NCBI GenBank assembly: GCA_963422645.2
Contig: CAXXVO010000012.1
Location: 1-64,000 of the forward strand
DNA: 64,000 bases
Source: Alphaproteobacteria bacterium
GTDB taxonomy: Bacteria; Pseudomonadota; Alphaproteobacteria; UBA828
Reading direction: 5' to 3'
Below, in pieces: positions 10,834 through 20,599 of the stretch. Under the pieces are notes generated by a model. It was not told the DNA's origin. It worked only from the letters and a program-made list of their open reading frames with translations, and did not search any database. A program made the position numbers and the translations under genes. Each line of letters starts with the position of its first letter. Positions within the stretch are counted from its first letter, which is position 1.

Positions 10834-13800
10834 CTACCCCGTCCGCGGCCAGAGGTAGACGAGGCCGAGCGGATCGACGCGGATGGCGCGCACCGTGTAC
10901 GCATCGGCGATTCGGGCCGGTTCGGTCTCGAGCTCGGTCTCGATGGCTTCGAGGCGCCGCGTCCAGGCGCGACGGTCGGCCTCGCGCTGGCGACATTCGG
11001 CCTCGTCGAAGTCGAGCGCCATTTGCCGGTCATCCTTGCCGGCCGCTTCGGCGATCCTCTTCCGCTGGCGCTCGAGCAGTTCGATCATGCTGCGCTGTTC
11101 GGTTTCCGACCGTTCGGCAAGCCGTCTCTTCGCAAGCTCCGCGAATTCGTCGGCGCGGCGCTCCAGATGCGGCAGCAGATCGGCGATATCGGCTTGCGCC
11201 GAAGCCGCGAGACGTGCTCGGACTGGATCGGGCACGCTGTCCCGCCCCGCTTCGTCGAGCGCCTTCTGCAGGGAAGCCAGTGTCGTCTGCTCGCCTGCCC
11301 GGCCGTAGGGCGAGAGCGCGCCGTGTCGCCGCACCGGATCGATCCAACGTGCCGTCACCGGCACGATCTCCTCGTGCAGGCGCGCCGCGCGTGGACCGTA
11401 GACGGCGAGCCGGCCGAGCAGCACGACACGCGGGATCGCATCGGGGGCGACCGTCAGACAGGCCTTGGACAGATCGTGATGGATCAGGCCCTGTGCGGTG
11501 AACCGGCCGAGCAGGCGTCGGGCCACGCGGTGTTCGAGATGCAGGTGCACGGCGTTCTCGCCGAGACGTCCGGTGTCTTCGAAGGCCACGGGCCGGATGG
11601 CGGCCCGGCGGCGCCATTCCCCGAGGCTCTCCCCTCTTTGCCTGCGCGCGCGCAACGAATCGAGTGCCGCGGTCCAGCCGGGATTGCTCGCAATCGCATG
11701 GTCTGCAGCGGGAAATATGAAGCGGCGCGGAGTGTCCGGCTCCCGCTTCTGCTCCCCATCGGCCTCGGCGATTGCGGGAACGCCGGCGAGTCTCAAGCTC
11801 ATCGACAGGGTCTGGCGGAACTGCGGCGCGGTGAGGCCGATATGGGTGCGCGACCGCTCCAGGCGAGTACGCAGGCTATCCACTTCCGCGCGCAGCCTGT
11901 CCTGGCGAAGACGCGCGTCCTCAAGCTCGTCCTCGACGGTTCGCCGCCGTTCTCCGGCCGACAGGTCCCGGATGGAGGCCGTGAGACCGTCGATCCCGTC
12001 ACGGCGCACGCCTTCCTTGCCGATGGTCCGGGCAACACGCGCTTCAAGCACCTTCGCGGCGCTGCCGAGCTCCTCACGAATGCGTTCTACCTTGTCCACC
12101 AGCACCTGCAGGACGCGATCTTCCGGCCGTTGGACGAAGACGAAGCAACGGCAGAACACCTCGTCGGCGGGCTGCAGCTTGCGGTCGATGCGACCGTTGC
12201 GCTGATCGAGACGGCTCGGGTTCCAGGGCAGGTCGAAGTGAAACAGATCATGACAGTGGCGTTGGAGATTGAGGCCCTCCCGCGCCGCGTCGGTGGCGAT
12301 AAGAATGCGCAGCGGGTGGTCGCCCGGCTCGGCGTTGAAGGCGTGCTTGATGTCTTCCCGCCTGTGCCGGGAGGTCGTCCCCGTGAAGGTCGCGATCCGT
12401 TCGCGTGCCTTGTCGGAATGCATGATGGCCTCGTTCAGGCAGCGCTCAAGCCAGCGGCGCGTGTCTTCGTATTCGGTGAAGATGAGAAGGCGGCGGTCGT
12501 TCCACCGCGGAGGCGCGGCCTCGGGCGCTGATAGAACCGGGCACATGTTGGCGTCGATCCACTCGACGATCCTGCGCACGCGCGGATCGGCATCGTAGCG
12601 GTTTGCCTCGGCGATCTCGCGCATCTCGTCGACAAGGGCAAGTTCGCGCATCAACGCGGCCCGGGTGTCCGCCCGGCCGCTGTCGCTCGATGCCGCTGTT
12701 GCCTTCGTCATCAGATCGGCGAAGTCGAGCTCGGACGGATCGGATTGTCCCGCGTCATCCGGCGTGTCGGTTTCGTGGTCGTGATCGACCGTGCCCGCGA
12801 TCCCGGCGTCCGGATCCGCGCCGACGGTCAATCGTTCGAGATCGGCCTGCAGCGCAGCCGATACTCCGGGGGCCGCCGCCGCCCGTTCCAGAGCGCGTGC
12901 CACGCTCTTCCGATGTACCGTGAGCGTCTTCGCGAAAGCCTCGATGGACGACAACAGGCGCTTCTGCAGCCCGCCGACCACCAGCGCGCCGGCGGTCTGC
13001 TGCGACCGCGATTCGTTCTTGAGCCGTCTTTCCCGCTCAAGCCGATAGGCGTCCAGCATCTTCGGCAACACGAGCTCGGGCGCGTCGGGCGGCAGTCCGT
13101 CGATTTCGGCCGGGTCCACGGTGCGTTTCGGAAACCCGCCTTCGAGCGCCCGGATATCGGACTTGAGCCGCCGGATCAGCACTTCGTCGAGCTGCCCTTT
13201 GAGCACGCGGACCCCGCGGCAGAAGCGTTGCGGATCGAGAATTTCGAGCAGGGCGGAGAAGCTGTTCGAATGCCCGTTATGCGGCGTCGCGGAAAGGAAC
13301 AGGCGGTGTTCGAAACGGGGCGCAATGTCGCGGACGGCACGCGTGATCTGCGAGTCGATCGCGTAGCGCGCACCGCTCGCGGGCGCGGCGTTGTGCGCCT
13401 CGTCCAGGATCAGCAAGGTCTGCGGCGCGAACTCTCCAAGCCAGTCGCGCAGGCCCGAGGCGTAGGTCTCGTCGATGAGCAGGCGATGAGAGATCAGGAA
13501 GCGGGAGTGGGTGGTCCAGGGGTTGACCGAAAATCCGCGCTCGCGGCGCATTCGCGTCACATACGCCCGGTCGAGAATGGTGAACGTGAGGCCGAAACGG
13601 GCCTCCATCTCGTCCTGCCACTGATCGAGCATCGCGGGCGGGCATGCGACCACAATCCGGTCGATGCGGCGGCGCAACAGCAGTTCGCGCGCGATGAGTC
13701 CCGCCTCGATGGTCTTGCCGAGCCCGACGTCGTCGGCAATGAACAGGTTGACGCGCGGCAGCCGAAGCGCCTTTCGCAGCGGGTCGAGCTGGTAGGCGTC

Positions 13801-14136
13801 GATGCGGATGCCGGCGCGGAAGGGCGCCTGAAAGAGATTGGGGTCGGTCGCGGTCACGCAGTTCCACGACAGGGTGCGGAGATAGGCCGCGAACAGCGCC
13901 GGGTCGTCGAAGCCCTTGTCCGCCACGGCGGACCAGCCGCCGTCCTCCAGGATGCGGGCGTCGATCTCGTGTTCCCACAACACCGCCAGCGGCTCGCCCT
14001 GCGCGTCGTCGTCAAGGCACGACAGATCGACAAGCATGGCTTCATCGGGTGACGGCGGCGGCGTCACGTTCTCGACGAGGTAACGGCGTTGGCGGACCAG
14101 GGCGATGCGTCCGGGTTCGGGAGAGAGCGCCGTCAT
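10834..14136 (-). CDS. drmD: DISARM SNF2-like helicase DrmD
   Basis: ADDVGLGKT, DEAH, LSATPHNG, TDAAREGLNLQ, QRNGRIDR. Confidence 0.92.
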   Translation of the reverse strand: MTALSPEPGRIALVRQRRYLVENVTPPPSPDEAMLVDLSCLDDDAQGEPLAVLWEHEIDARILEDGGWSAVADKGFDDPALFAAYLRTLSWNCVTATDPNLFQAPFRAGIRIDAYQLDPLRKALRLPRVNLFIADDVGLGKTIEAGLIARELLLRRRIDRIVVACPPAMLDQWQDEMEARFGLTFTILDRAYVTRMRRERGFSVNPWTTHSRFLISHRLLIDETYASGLRDWLGEFAPQTLLILDEAHNAAPASGARYAIDSQITRAVRDIAPRFEHRLFLSATPHNGHSNSFSALLEILDPQRFCRGVRVLKGQLDEVLIRRLKSDIRALEGGFPKRTVDPAEIDGLPPDAPELVLPKMLDAYRLERERRLKNESRSQQTAGALVVGGLQKRLLSSIEAFAKTLTVHRKSVARALERAAAAPGVSAALQADLERLTVGADPDAGIAGTVDHDHETDTPDDAGQSDPSELDFADLMTKATAASSDSGRADTRAALMRELALVDEMREIAEANRYDADPRVRRIVEWIDANMCPVLSAPEAAPPRWNDRRLLIFTEYEDTRRWLERCLNEAIMHSDKARERIATFTGTTSRHRREDIKHAFNAEPGDHPLRILIATDAAREGLNLQRHCHDLFHFDLPWNPSRLDQRNGRIDRKLQPADEVFCRCFVFVQRPEDRVLQVLVDKVERIREELGSAAKVLEARVARTIGKEGVRRDGIDGLTASIRDLSAGERRRTVEDELEDARLRQDRLRAEVDSLRTRLERSRTHIGLTAPQFRQTLSMSLRLAGVPAIAEADGEQKREPDTPRRFIFPAADHAIASNPGWTAALDSLRARRQRGESLGEWRRRAAIRPVAFEDTGRLGENAVHLHLEHRVARRLLGRFTAQGLIHHDLSKACLTVAPDAIPRVVLLGRLAVYGPRAARLHEEIVPVTARWIDPVRRHGALSPYGRAGEQTTLASLQKALDEAGRDSVPDPVRARLAASAQADIADLLPHLERRADEFAELAKRRLAERSETEQRSMIELLERQRKRIAEAAGKDDRQMALDFDEAECRQREADRRAWTRRLEAIETELETEPARIADAYTVRAIRVDPLGLVYLWPRTG

Positions 14137-15155
14137 GCCTTCGTCTCGTTAGCCCGAACCTCGAGCAGGGCGCATCGTTCCATCAACATGTCGAACGGCT
14201 CGCTGTCGTCGAGCAGCATGCCGTCCGCCAGCATTCTCGCGTAGTCGTCCGCGAGCACGGCGTGGGCGGCGCCTTCGGGAACGAGCTGAAGGTGTCCCGA
14301 GACTGCCGCCTCATAGTCGATTCGTACGCCGCGGGCGTCGTTCTCGGCGAAGAACATCGCCTTGTGGCGGGCGACCGACAGCGCGAGGGCGCGGTCGGCG
14401 AACGCTTTTGCCGCGATCCCGGCCTCGTCGAGGCGCGCAAGATCATGCCAGTGCCTCGACAGACGCTCGCCGCGCCGGCGCTCCTGGCGGCAGAAGACAT
14501 GGATGGCGGTCGCTTTTTCCCAGAAGGTCCGTTCCGCCAGCATGACGGTGGGGTGCGCTTCGGGAAACGCGAGACCGGGAAGATAGGCGGCCGCGTCGCA
14601 CACAACGGGCCGATTTGCGTGAGGCTCGCCCGTCGATCGAGCGCCGAACTCGACGATAACTTCCGGGGCGACAAACCCGCTTGTCCCGAACAACGGTTCG
14701 TACGCGACGTAGAGACGCTCCGCTTCCACTCTGCACGTTGCTACGAATCCGGCGTCGGAGAGACCTTCTTCAACAATGGGGCAGGCCTCGTCCCGGACCC
14801 ATTGTGCGAGGCGGGAACGGATGGCTCGCGTCCAGCTCTTCTCCTGGCTGCGCGTAGGCGGAAGCGCTTCGTCGCCGGCGCCGGAAACCAGATCCGGCGC
14901 AAACGCCCGGATATCGTAGGTGATGTCGACGTCTTCGGAGAATCGGCGGATCGTGCGCCACACCTTCGACAGCGACGTGCCGCCTTTGAAGATCAGATTC
15001 CCGGCGAACGGCGCATCGAAAAGGACGCCAAGGGTCGCGACGACCCAGATGTCCTTCTCGAGCAGATGAGCCCGGTGCTTCCCTTCTTCCTGAGCGACCC
15101 TCAAGGCATGGCGGCGGTCGTCGGCCGAAAGGCTCTGGAAAGGCGTCTCAGCCAT
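14133..15155 (-). CDS. abiEii: AbiEii-family nucleotidyltransferase toxin (type IV TA)
   Basis: LEKDIWV, FKGGTSLSK...RFSEDVD, ERTFWEK, RHWHDL; stop overlaps drmD ATG. Confidence 0.88.
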   Translation of the reverse strand: MAETPFQSLSADDRRHALRVAQEEGKHRAHLLEKDIWVVATLGVLFDAPFAGNLIFKGGTSLSKVWRTIRRFSEDVDITYDIRAFAPDLVSGAGDEALPPTRSQEKSWTRAIRSRLAQWVRDEACPIVEEGLSDAGFVATCRVEAERLYVAYEPLFGTSGFVAPEVIVEFGARSTGEPHANRPVVCDAAAYLPGLAFPEAHPTVMLAERTFWEKATAIHVFCRQERRRGERLSRHWHDLARLDEAGIAAKAFADRALALSVARHKAMFFAENDARGVRIDYEAAVSGHLQLVPEGAAHAVLADDYARMLADGMLLDDSEPFDMLMERCALLEVRANETKA

Positions 15156-15744
15156 GCGCAAGGCGCGCGCTCAGCGGTTCAGCCATCCAGATGGGCATGA
15201 CGGCCCGGGCGACCGCAAGCTCTTCCCGATCTTCATCGGAGAGCATGGGCAGGACCGCTTCCAGGCCATCCTCGACCTCTTCGGGACCGAGCCATGTCAA
15301 GGCGCGGATGACCTCGCCCGCCTTGCGGTGCGGCGCCGCCAGTTGCCAGCGTGGCGCATGACGCAGCTCCACGATGGACGAGCCGAAGTGCAGCCGGCGG
15401 TTGGGACCGGAGGTGAGATAGACCTCGCGGACCGGATTCTGCGTGGTCAGGCGCAGGCGATTGGCCGCGGCGCCGCCGCACGGCACGATGGTCTCGCCCC
15501 AGAGCGCCGAAAGGGCCTCAAGAGCCTTTCCGGTGCGCGGCGCACACTGTCCGAAGCGGGTCTCGATCGGGCGCATGTAGACGCCTTGGCAGATGCGCAT
15601 GAGATGGCCCGAGCGCGCGAGGCGCGACAACGCCTGGTCGACGGCCGCCCGGTTGCCGAGGTGCAGCAGGGCGGCCGGACACAGCGGCGTGGCCTCCGGC
15701 AGGGCCTCGGCATGCTCCATGATGCGACGGGAAAGGCCGCGCAT
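15148..15744 (-). CDS. abiEi: AbiEi-like antitoxin (DUF6088-type wHTH)
   Basis: AVDQALSRL...RICQGVY, GAAANRLRLTTQNP...YLTSG; overlaps abiEii start. Confidence 0.8.
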   Translation of the reverse strand: MRGLSRRIMEHAEALPEATPLCPAALLHLGNRAAVDQALSRLARSGHLMRICQGVYMRPIETRFGQCAPRTGKALEALSALWGETIVPCGGAAANRLRLTTQNPVREVYLTSGPNRRLHFGSSIVELRHAPRWQLAAPHRKAGEVIRALTWLGPEEVEDGLEAVLPMLSDEDREELAVARAVMPIWMAEPLSARLAHG

Positions 15745-15901
15745 GATCGTATCTCCATGCTCAATCTGTCAGAAATCTAGTGGCAAGACTATCGCGATGC
15801 AACGCCGGACACAATCAATTCCGAGCCCGCACGGAGGGATACGGAAGACGCGTCGCGTGCGTCGTGCCATCGCGCCGGAACCCCGGGACGAGTCGTTCCG
15901 C

Positions 15902-16264
15902 CTACTCGGACCCTTGTTTCGGGCTGGATCCTGACGCCGCCGCGTCCGGAGACGGCGATGGGTTGATGGTGGACTCGGGCACCAATGTCGAAACGAACTT
16001 CAGAATTTCCTCGACCTCATCCTTGCGTCCAGCCGCGATGAGATCGCGCCGGAGGACCTGGGCGGCAAACAGCGCGGCCTTCGCAACCTGGTTATCGAGC
16101 TCGGTGCGCGGCCATTCGCGCCGGTCGAGGGCCTCCATGACGAGCTCGACCACGAGCCGGTTGGCCGAAATATCTCGATCCTTGGCGGTTTTTTCGATGC
16201 GCGCCCACTGCTCCGGCGTGACCCGGATGGTCCTCGTCAACGTCTCCGCCATCGGCTGATCCAT
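15902..16264 (-). CDS. Ribbon-helix-helix protein, probable relaxosome accessory factor
   Basis: TRTIRVTPEQWARIEKTAKDRDISANRLVVEL beta-alpha-alpha pattern; GGAGG RBS; transcribed away from the adjacent nic-like site. Confidence 0.6.
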   Translation of the reverse strand: MDQPMAETLTRTIRVTPEQWARIEKTAKDRDISANRLVVELVMEALDRREWPRTELDNQVAKAALFAAQVLRRDLIAAGRKDEVEEILKFVSTLVPESTINPSPSPDAAASGSSPKQGSE

Positions 16265-16664
16265 CCTCCTCGGCAAGATTCGATCACGGTACGGTACGAC
16301 AGCTTCGCCGGAATTCGTAGCGATCGGTGCATCGACAGACTTGGCTCGGTGTGATTGGGGCGACCCAAGACGCCTTCGGTGTCGTCGTCAGATTGAGCGC
16401 CGTCAACAGCGAGCGCAACCGGGCGCGCAGTCAGATTGAGTGCTCCATAGGAAGTCTCCTCGACCGACGCGCATGCTCCGTGACACGCCGTGCGCCCGAT
16501 CGGACGCACGGCTCGCAAGGCGTTGATTCGGCAGGTAAATTCCGGCACTCAAACTGAGTGTTCCGCGCTACCGATCGCTGACAACTTTTCCCGGCAAGCG
16601 CCTGTCGCCTCATGTCGTTGAAAACGCAGGGGATATATGACAGGCGCGCGCTTGGGCTACACCG

Positions 16665-16690
16665 GCAGCCTGCTGCGTGGGGTGTGAGAC
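16665..16690 (+). other. oriT: Putative MOBF-type origin of transfer (nic between 16685 and 16686)
   Basis: GCAGC-CT-GCTGC hairpin followed by GTGGGGTGT^G; TGCGTGGGGTGTG matches the F plasmid nic region as recalled. Confidence 0.7.
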
Positions 16691-17132
16691 CCAAGGCCGC
16701 CCCCGTGCGGTCGGGACGGCCGGAGTTGGGGCATCAAGGTTCGGGGAATCGGCGCCGGAGGACCCGGCGGGATGGAGCCGCGGCGGCGAATGAGCGGCGG
16801 GCGGTGCGGCCGGAGCCGCGGGCAGTCGTGCTCGGCACGCTGCCGAAGGCGATGGCGGAGCTGCCCGCACTGGTGCTGCCAGCGGTGCATGGCGCAGTGC
16901 GGAGCGCGGTGCACGGCGAAACCGTCACCGGCGACGCACGGAGCGCCGGGGCGACGAGCCGAGGCGCTGCCCGCAGCCGGCGCAGCTGGCCAGGGCGAGC
17001 GAGGCATGGTCGCTGACGAGCGCGGCGCGTAGCGCCGACGCGAGGAGTGAACGGCGGCGAAGACACCATTGCCATCGAACTTTGCTGCGGGCGCGTCGGA
17101 TCGGCAACGGCGGTGAGCGGAGCGAACCGCCG

Positions 17133-17248
17133 GGCAAGCGGAGCGCGCAGTGAGCAGAGCGAACGGAGGCGCGAGGGATACCCGCCCGAAGGGCCGAGAC
17201 CGCTTTAGCGGGCTCGGCAGGGTAGCCCGGTCGCGAAGCGACGCGCCC
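17133..17248 (+). repeat. 116-bp structured intergenic repeat, copy 1
   Basis: 109/116 identical to 18885-19000 by manual alignment. Confidence 0.95.
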
Positions 17249-17626
17249 GGATTCATCGTATCGACCGCCGCACGGTTCATCATGTTCGGCACCATCACCA
17301 CCGACACCATCGGCATCGTCATTCGCATCGTGGTCACCGTTTCCGTCATCGCGGTCGCCACCAGCATCGTTGTGGCCGACAGCGTTGTCGAGCATCGATT
17401 GTCGCGGAACGGAGCGACAGCATGAAGCCGCGCGCGTTGCCGCTGGTGACGCACTGCGGGTTCGAGACGGCGGGGCGTAAGAGCGGCGGAGCCGCCGCGC
17501 AGCGCGACGCCGCAGGCGGCGCGCGAAGCGAAGGCGAACGTGGCGGCTGGCGCTGCGGTGGTGTCTGACCAAAGAGAAAGGGCCGCGCCGCCGGAGTGGC
17601 GACGCGGCCCGTGGTGGCGATGGCGC

Positions 17627-18550
17627 TCAGGCCGCGCAGCGCTGCACCGGGATGCCGAGCGCGACGGCCTTGTCGACGAGGTTGTCGGTGATGCCGGAGC
17701 CGGGGAACGCGATGACTCCCTTCGGCAGGAGGTTCAGCAACTCGTCGTTGCGCCGGAACGGTGCGGCCCGTCCGTGTGCGTTCCAGTCGGGCTTGCACAC
17801 CACCTGATGGACGCCGTTGCGCTCCGCCCACTGCGCGGCGATGCGCTCGACGCCGGGCCCGCCGCCGTGCACGAGCACCATGTCGTCGTACTTCGCCTTC
17901 GCCTTCTCGAGCCTCGCGATGACGGCGCCGGCGTCCGAGACGTGCTTCCCGCCCGCGATGGCGACCAGCGTTCCCTCGGGCAGGTGCGCGCGCATCTCGC
18001 GGTCCTTCCTCGCGCGCATGAAGTCGCGCGCGTCGATGGCGGCCGAGGTGAGCTTGCCGGTCTGGCTGGTGTGGCTGCCGCGTCGCGGGCGCCAGGTGTC
18101 GCCGGTCTCGGCGCGGTAGGCGTCGGCTGCGGCGTCTCGCATCTGCTCGAACGCGTCGCGGCGGTCGCCGAAGTTCTGCGCGCGGTGCGTCGTGAGTTCG
18201 AGTTCCCTCGCGTTGATCTCGGTGCCGTCCTGCGCGCGCTGGAGGTCGCGGATTTCGGGCGCGAGGCGGTCGACGCTGCGGTCGAGTCTCCGCACCTGGG
18301 CGTCGAGGCAGTTCACGAACCCCCAGAGCAGGCTCTCGCGCTCGTCGGCGAGCTGGAAGCCGTCCGGTGCGACGCCTTCTGCGATGATGCGGAACGCCTC
18401 GCTCACCGCGTCGATGGCGTCGTCGCGGTCCCAGACATCCCTCGGGTCGAACTCGTCGCGTTCCGGAGTGGCGCCGAAGAGCTGAGCGTTCTCGCAGACG
18501 GTGGCGGTGACTGAGTGATTCTGAGTGTCGATGCGGTCGATGTCGTACAT
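17627..18550 (-). CDS. DUF2493 / YspA-like SLOG domain protein
   Basis: C-terminal VAIAGG...LVHGGGPGVERIAAQWAERNGV...RAAPFRRNDELL...IAFPGSG; GGAG RBS. Confidence 0.8.
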   Translation of the reverse strand: MYDIDRIDTQNHSVTATVCENAQLFGATPERDEFDPRDVWDRDDAIDAVSEAFRIIAEGVAPDGFQLADERESLLWGFVNCLDAQVRRLDRSVDRLAPEIRDLQRAQDGTEINARELELTTHRAQNFGDRRDAFEQMRDAAADAYRAETGDTWRPRRGSHTSQTGKLTSAAIDARDFMRARKDREMRAHLPEGTLVAIAGGKHVSDAGAVIARLEKAKAKYDDMVLVHGGGPGVERIAAQWAERNGVHQVVCKPDWNAHGRAAPFRRNDELLNLLPKGVIAFPGSGITDNLVDKAVALGIPVQRCAA

Positions 18551-18884
18551 GACTGTCTCCTGAAGTGAGAGTGAAGAGCCTTGTGGCCCGTGAAGCGCCG
18601 GGGCGTTCGATTCCCGACGTTGGCCTATTGGTTCACGCGCGCGCAGGGGAGCCACCGGGGCCGCAGGGCATGGCCCGTCGGTGTGCGCGAGTGGTGCGGG
18701 CGCAGGGAGCGAAGCGACTGAGCCACGGTCGCGCGCACCGATGGGACTAGGCGCGCCAGCGCCGTTGCCCTGCGAGTCCCGGCCGGAGCGAAGCGGAGGA
18801 CCCCGCAGGGGTTGGCGCACTGAGCACGTGTGGGACAATGGGCCAACGTCGGGAAGAGAGCTCCCTCCCCCATGGCCGCTCTTT

Positions 18885-19000
18885 GGCAAGCGGAGCGCGC
18901 AGGGAGCGCAGCGACCGGAGGCGCGAGGGATACCCGCCCGAAGGGCCGAGACCGCGCCAGCGGGCTCGGCAGGGTAGCCCGGTCGCGAAGCGACGCGCCC
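18885..19000 (+). repeat. 116-bp structured intergenic repeat, copy 2
   Basis: Direct repeat of 17133-17248. Confidence 0.95.
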
Positions 19001-19063
19001 AATTCTTTCCACGAATGCCGCACCACCGGTCGTGCCTGCAATGACGAAGCGAGGTCACTTCGC

Positions 19064-19528
19064 TCACGCGGCATCGATGGAGTAGAGGTCCTCGTCGGAG
19101 GACGCGAGGACGGTCTGCACTGGCATGGTGGCGCGCAGCACGATGATGTCGTTGCCCACCGGTTTCTTGATGGCCTCGTAGAACGCGGTCCAGGCGTCGT
19201 CCCTCTCCTTGTGCGCGGAGAGCACGTCGCCCGGGAGGGGAAGGTCGGTCTCCAGCGCGTAGAAGACGGTGGCGTCGACCGCGAGGACCTCGTAGCGCGC
19301 CGGGATGTCGGGGTCGCTTTGCCAGAGCGTGGCGCCGGTGTGGCGGTCGAGGACGACGGTCTTGAGCTCGGGGTGTTCGCGGACCCGTCGCCGGGCCTCG
19401 TCCCAGGCGGCGCGCTTGTCGTCGATGCGCGCCGGCGGGTCGAAGAGGTCAATCCAGTCCTCGTCGATGGTGCGGATGACGTAGCGGGGCGCCATCCGGA
19501 TCGTGCTCGGGTTCGCGGGGGCGTTCAT
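19064..19528 (-). CDS. Hypothetical protein
   Basis: Protein-like composition, GGAGGGAG RBS, same strand as neighbours. Confidence 0.6.
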   Translation of the reverse strand: MNAPANPSTIRMAPRYVIRTIDEDWIDLFDPPARIDDKRAAWDEARRRVREHPELKTVVLDRHTGATLWQSDPDIPARYEVLAVDATVFYALETDLPLPGDVLSAHKERDDAWTAFYEAIKKPVGNDIIVLRATMPVQTVLASSDEDLYSIDAA

Positions 19529-20175
19529 GGACTCTCCCTCCTCTCTCCATGTGGGCTTGCCCACCCTCCCGCTCTCCTCTTCCTCCCGCGAAGGGCGCGC
19601 GGGGCGCGGTCAGCGCACGCGCCCGACGCCCCAGAAGGGGTCGCCGTGCGCGCCCCAGGGCGTGGCGGAGCGCGCGCTCGCCGGTGGCGAGCAGCCGCGC
19701 GGTGTCGGGGCGCTGCGGAGCGAAGCGGAGCAGCAGCCTTGCGGCCCTGCGCGCGAGCTTCGCGTCGTCCCAGTCGCCGCGCGGCGGATGCGCTCGGCCG
19801 CCGGCGGCGAAGTTCGAGAGCCACCCCCACTGGGGGGCAGCGCGACCAGAACAGAATGGGCCGGTCGCAAGCGGCACGGGCGCGAAGCTCGGCGGTGGCC
19901 CAGGCCGCCGCGCGGGCGAGTACTTCTCCATGGCACCTGGAAGGCCAGCAGTGGCAAGCCAGGTCGCGGGATTCGAGCGAAGCGAGATCCGCGAGGGCGA
20001 TTGCGCCCGAGCGGATCTGGCGCCAGAGATATGCGCGGTAGCGTGCAATCACCTCGTCCCTTGTTCCGTCTTTTCCCACGACAAACGGGTTGCCCCAGCG
20101 GGTGCGGCGGTCGATGCGCACCGCGCCGCGCGCGACGGCATCGGGCTCGTGCTTCAGATTGACGATGCGGGCCAT
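19525..20175 (-). CDS. DUF4326 domain protein with a probably spurious C-terminal extension
   Basis: RIDRRTRWGNPF...DEVIARY...DLACHCWPSRCHGEVL in the first ~95 aa; Arg/Ala-rich tail. Confidence 0.75.
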   Translation of the reverse strand: MARIVNLKHEPDAVARGAVRIDRRTRWGNPFVVGKDGTRDEVIARYRAYLWRQIRSGAIALADLASLESRDLACHCWPSRCHGEVLARAAAWATAELRARAACDRPILFWSRCPPVGVALELRRRRPSASAARRLGRREARAQGRKAAAPLRSAAPRHRAAARHRRARAPPRPGARTATPSGASGACADRAPRALRGRKRRAGGWASPHGERRESP

Positions 20176-20203
20176 GCTCCCTCTCCCTTCACTGCTCTCG
20201 ACC

Positions 20204-20599
20204 TCAGCCAGCCGAACACTCCCACTCGCACGAGCCGGTGCGGAGCGGAACGCGGAGCAGCGGCGAGAGACGCGCGGCGAGCGCGTCGCGGCCGAGTGCA
20301 ACAAGGTCGTCGTTGAAGTCGTTGCCTTCGGGCACGAGGCACAGGGCGGCGACGCCCGCCCGCGCGCAGCGCCGGGCGAGGCGCATCGCCGCCCGCTCCC
20401 CTTCCTCGTCGTTGTCGCGCGCGATGAGGAGCCGCGTCAGCCCAGGCGGAGGCGCGAACGCGCCGAGGCTTCCGGCGGAGAGCGCGGCGGCGGCCTTCAT
20501 TTCGGGCACCGCGGTGACGACCGACAGCACCGTCTCGATGCCCTCGCCGACGAGCAGCGTCGCGTCGGGGCGGCCGAAGCGCACGGCGCGTCCGTAGAC
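20204..20599 (-). pseudogene. C-terminal toprim fragment (primase-like), 5' part lost at the IS21 end
   Basis: VGEGIETVLS...IARDNDEEG...NDFNDDL; ends at the IS21 terminal repeat. Confidence 0.8.

Noticed and set aside
1660-14052. Long + strand ORFs (612, 809, 716, 435 aa)
   Set aside because: Antisense shadows of DISARM genes in high-GC DNA; same for 53993-56776 opposite dnaE
16626-16640. GCAGGGGATATATGA resembling a T-DNA border / MOBP nic core
   Set aside because: Core is imperfect; the neighbouring MOBF-type match with its hairpin is much stronger
16700-17620. Several overlapping ORFs between oriT and the SLOG gene
   Set aside because: Low-complexity Arg/Ala or Thr/Met translations without RBS or motifs; probably non-coding
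17133-19000. Repeats as a CRISPR array
   Set aside because: Only two copies, 116 bp long, 1.6 kb apart, no cas genes; no CRISPR, tRNA or rRNA recognised in the window
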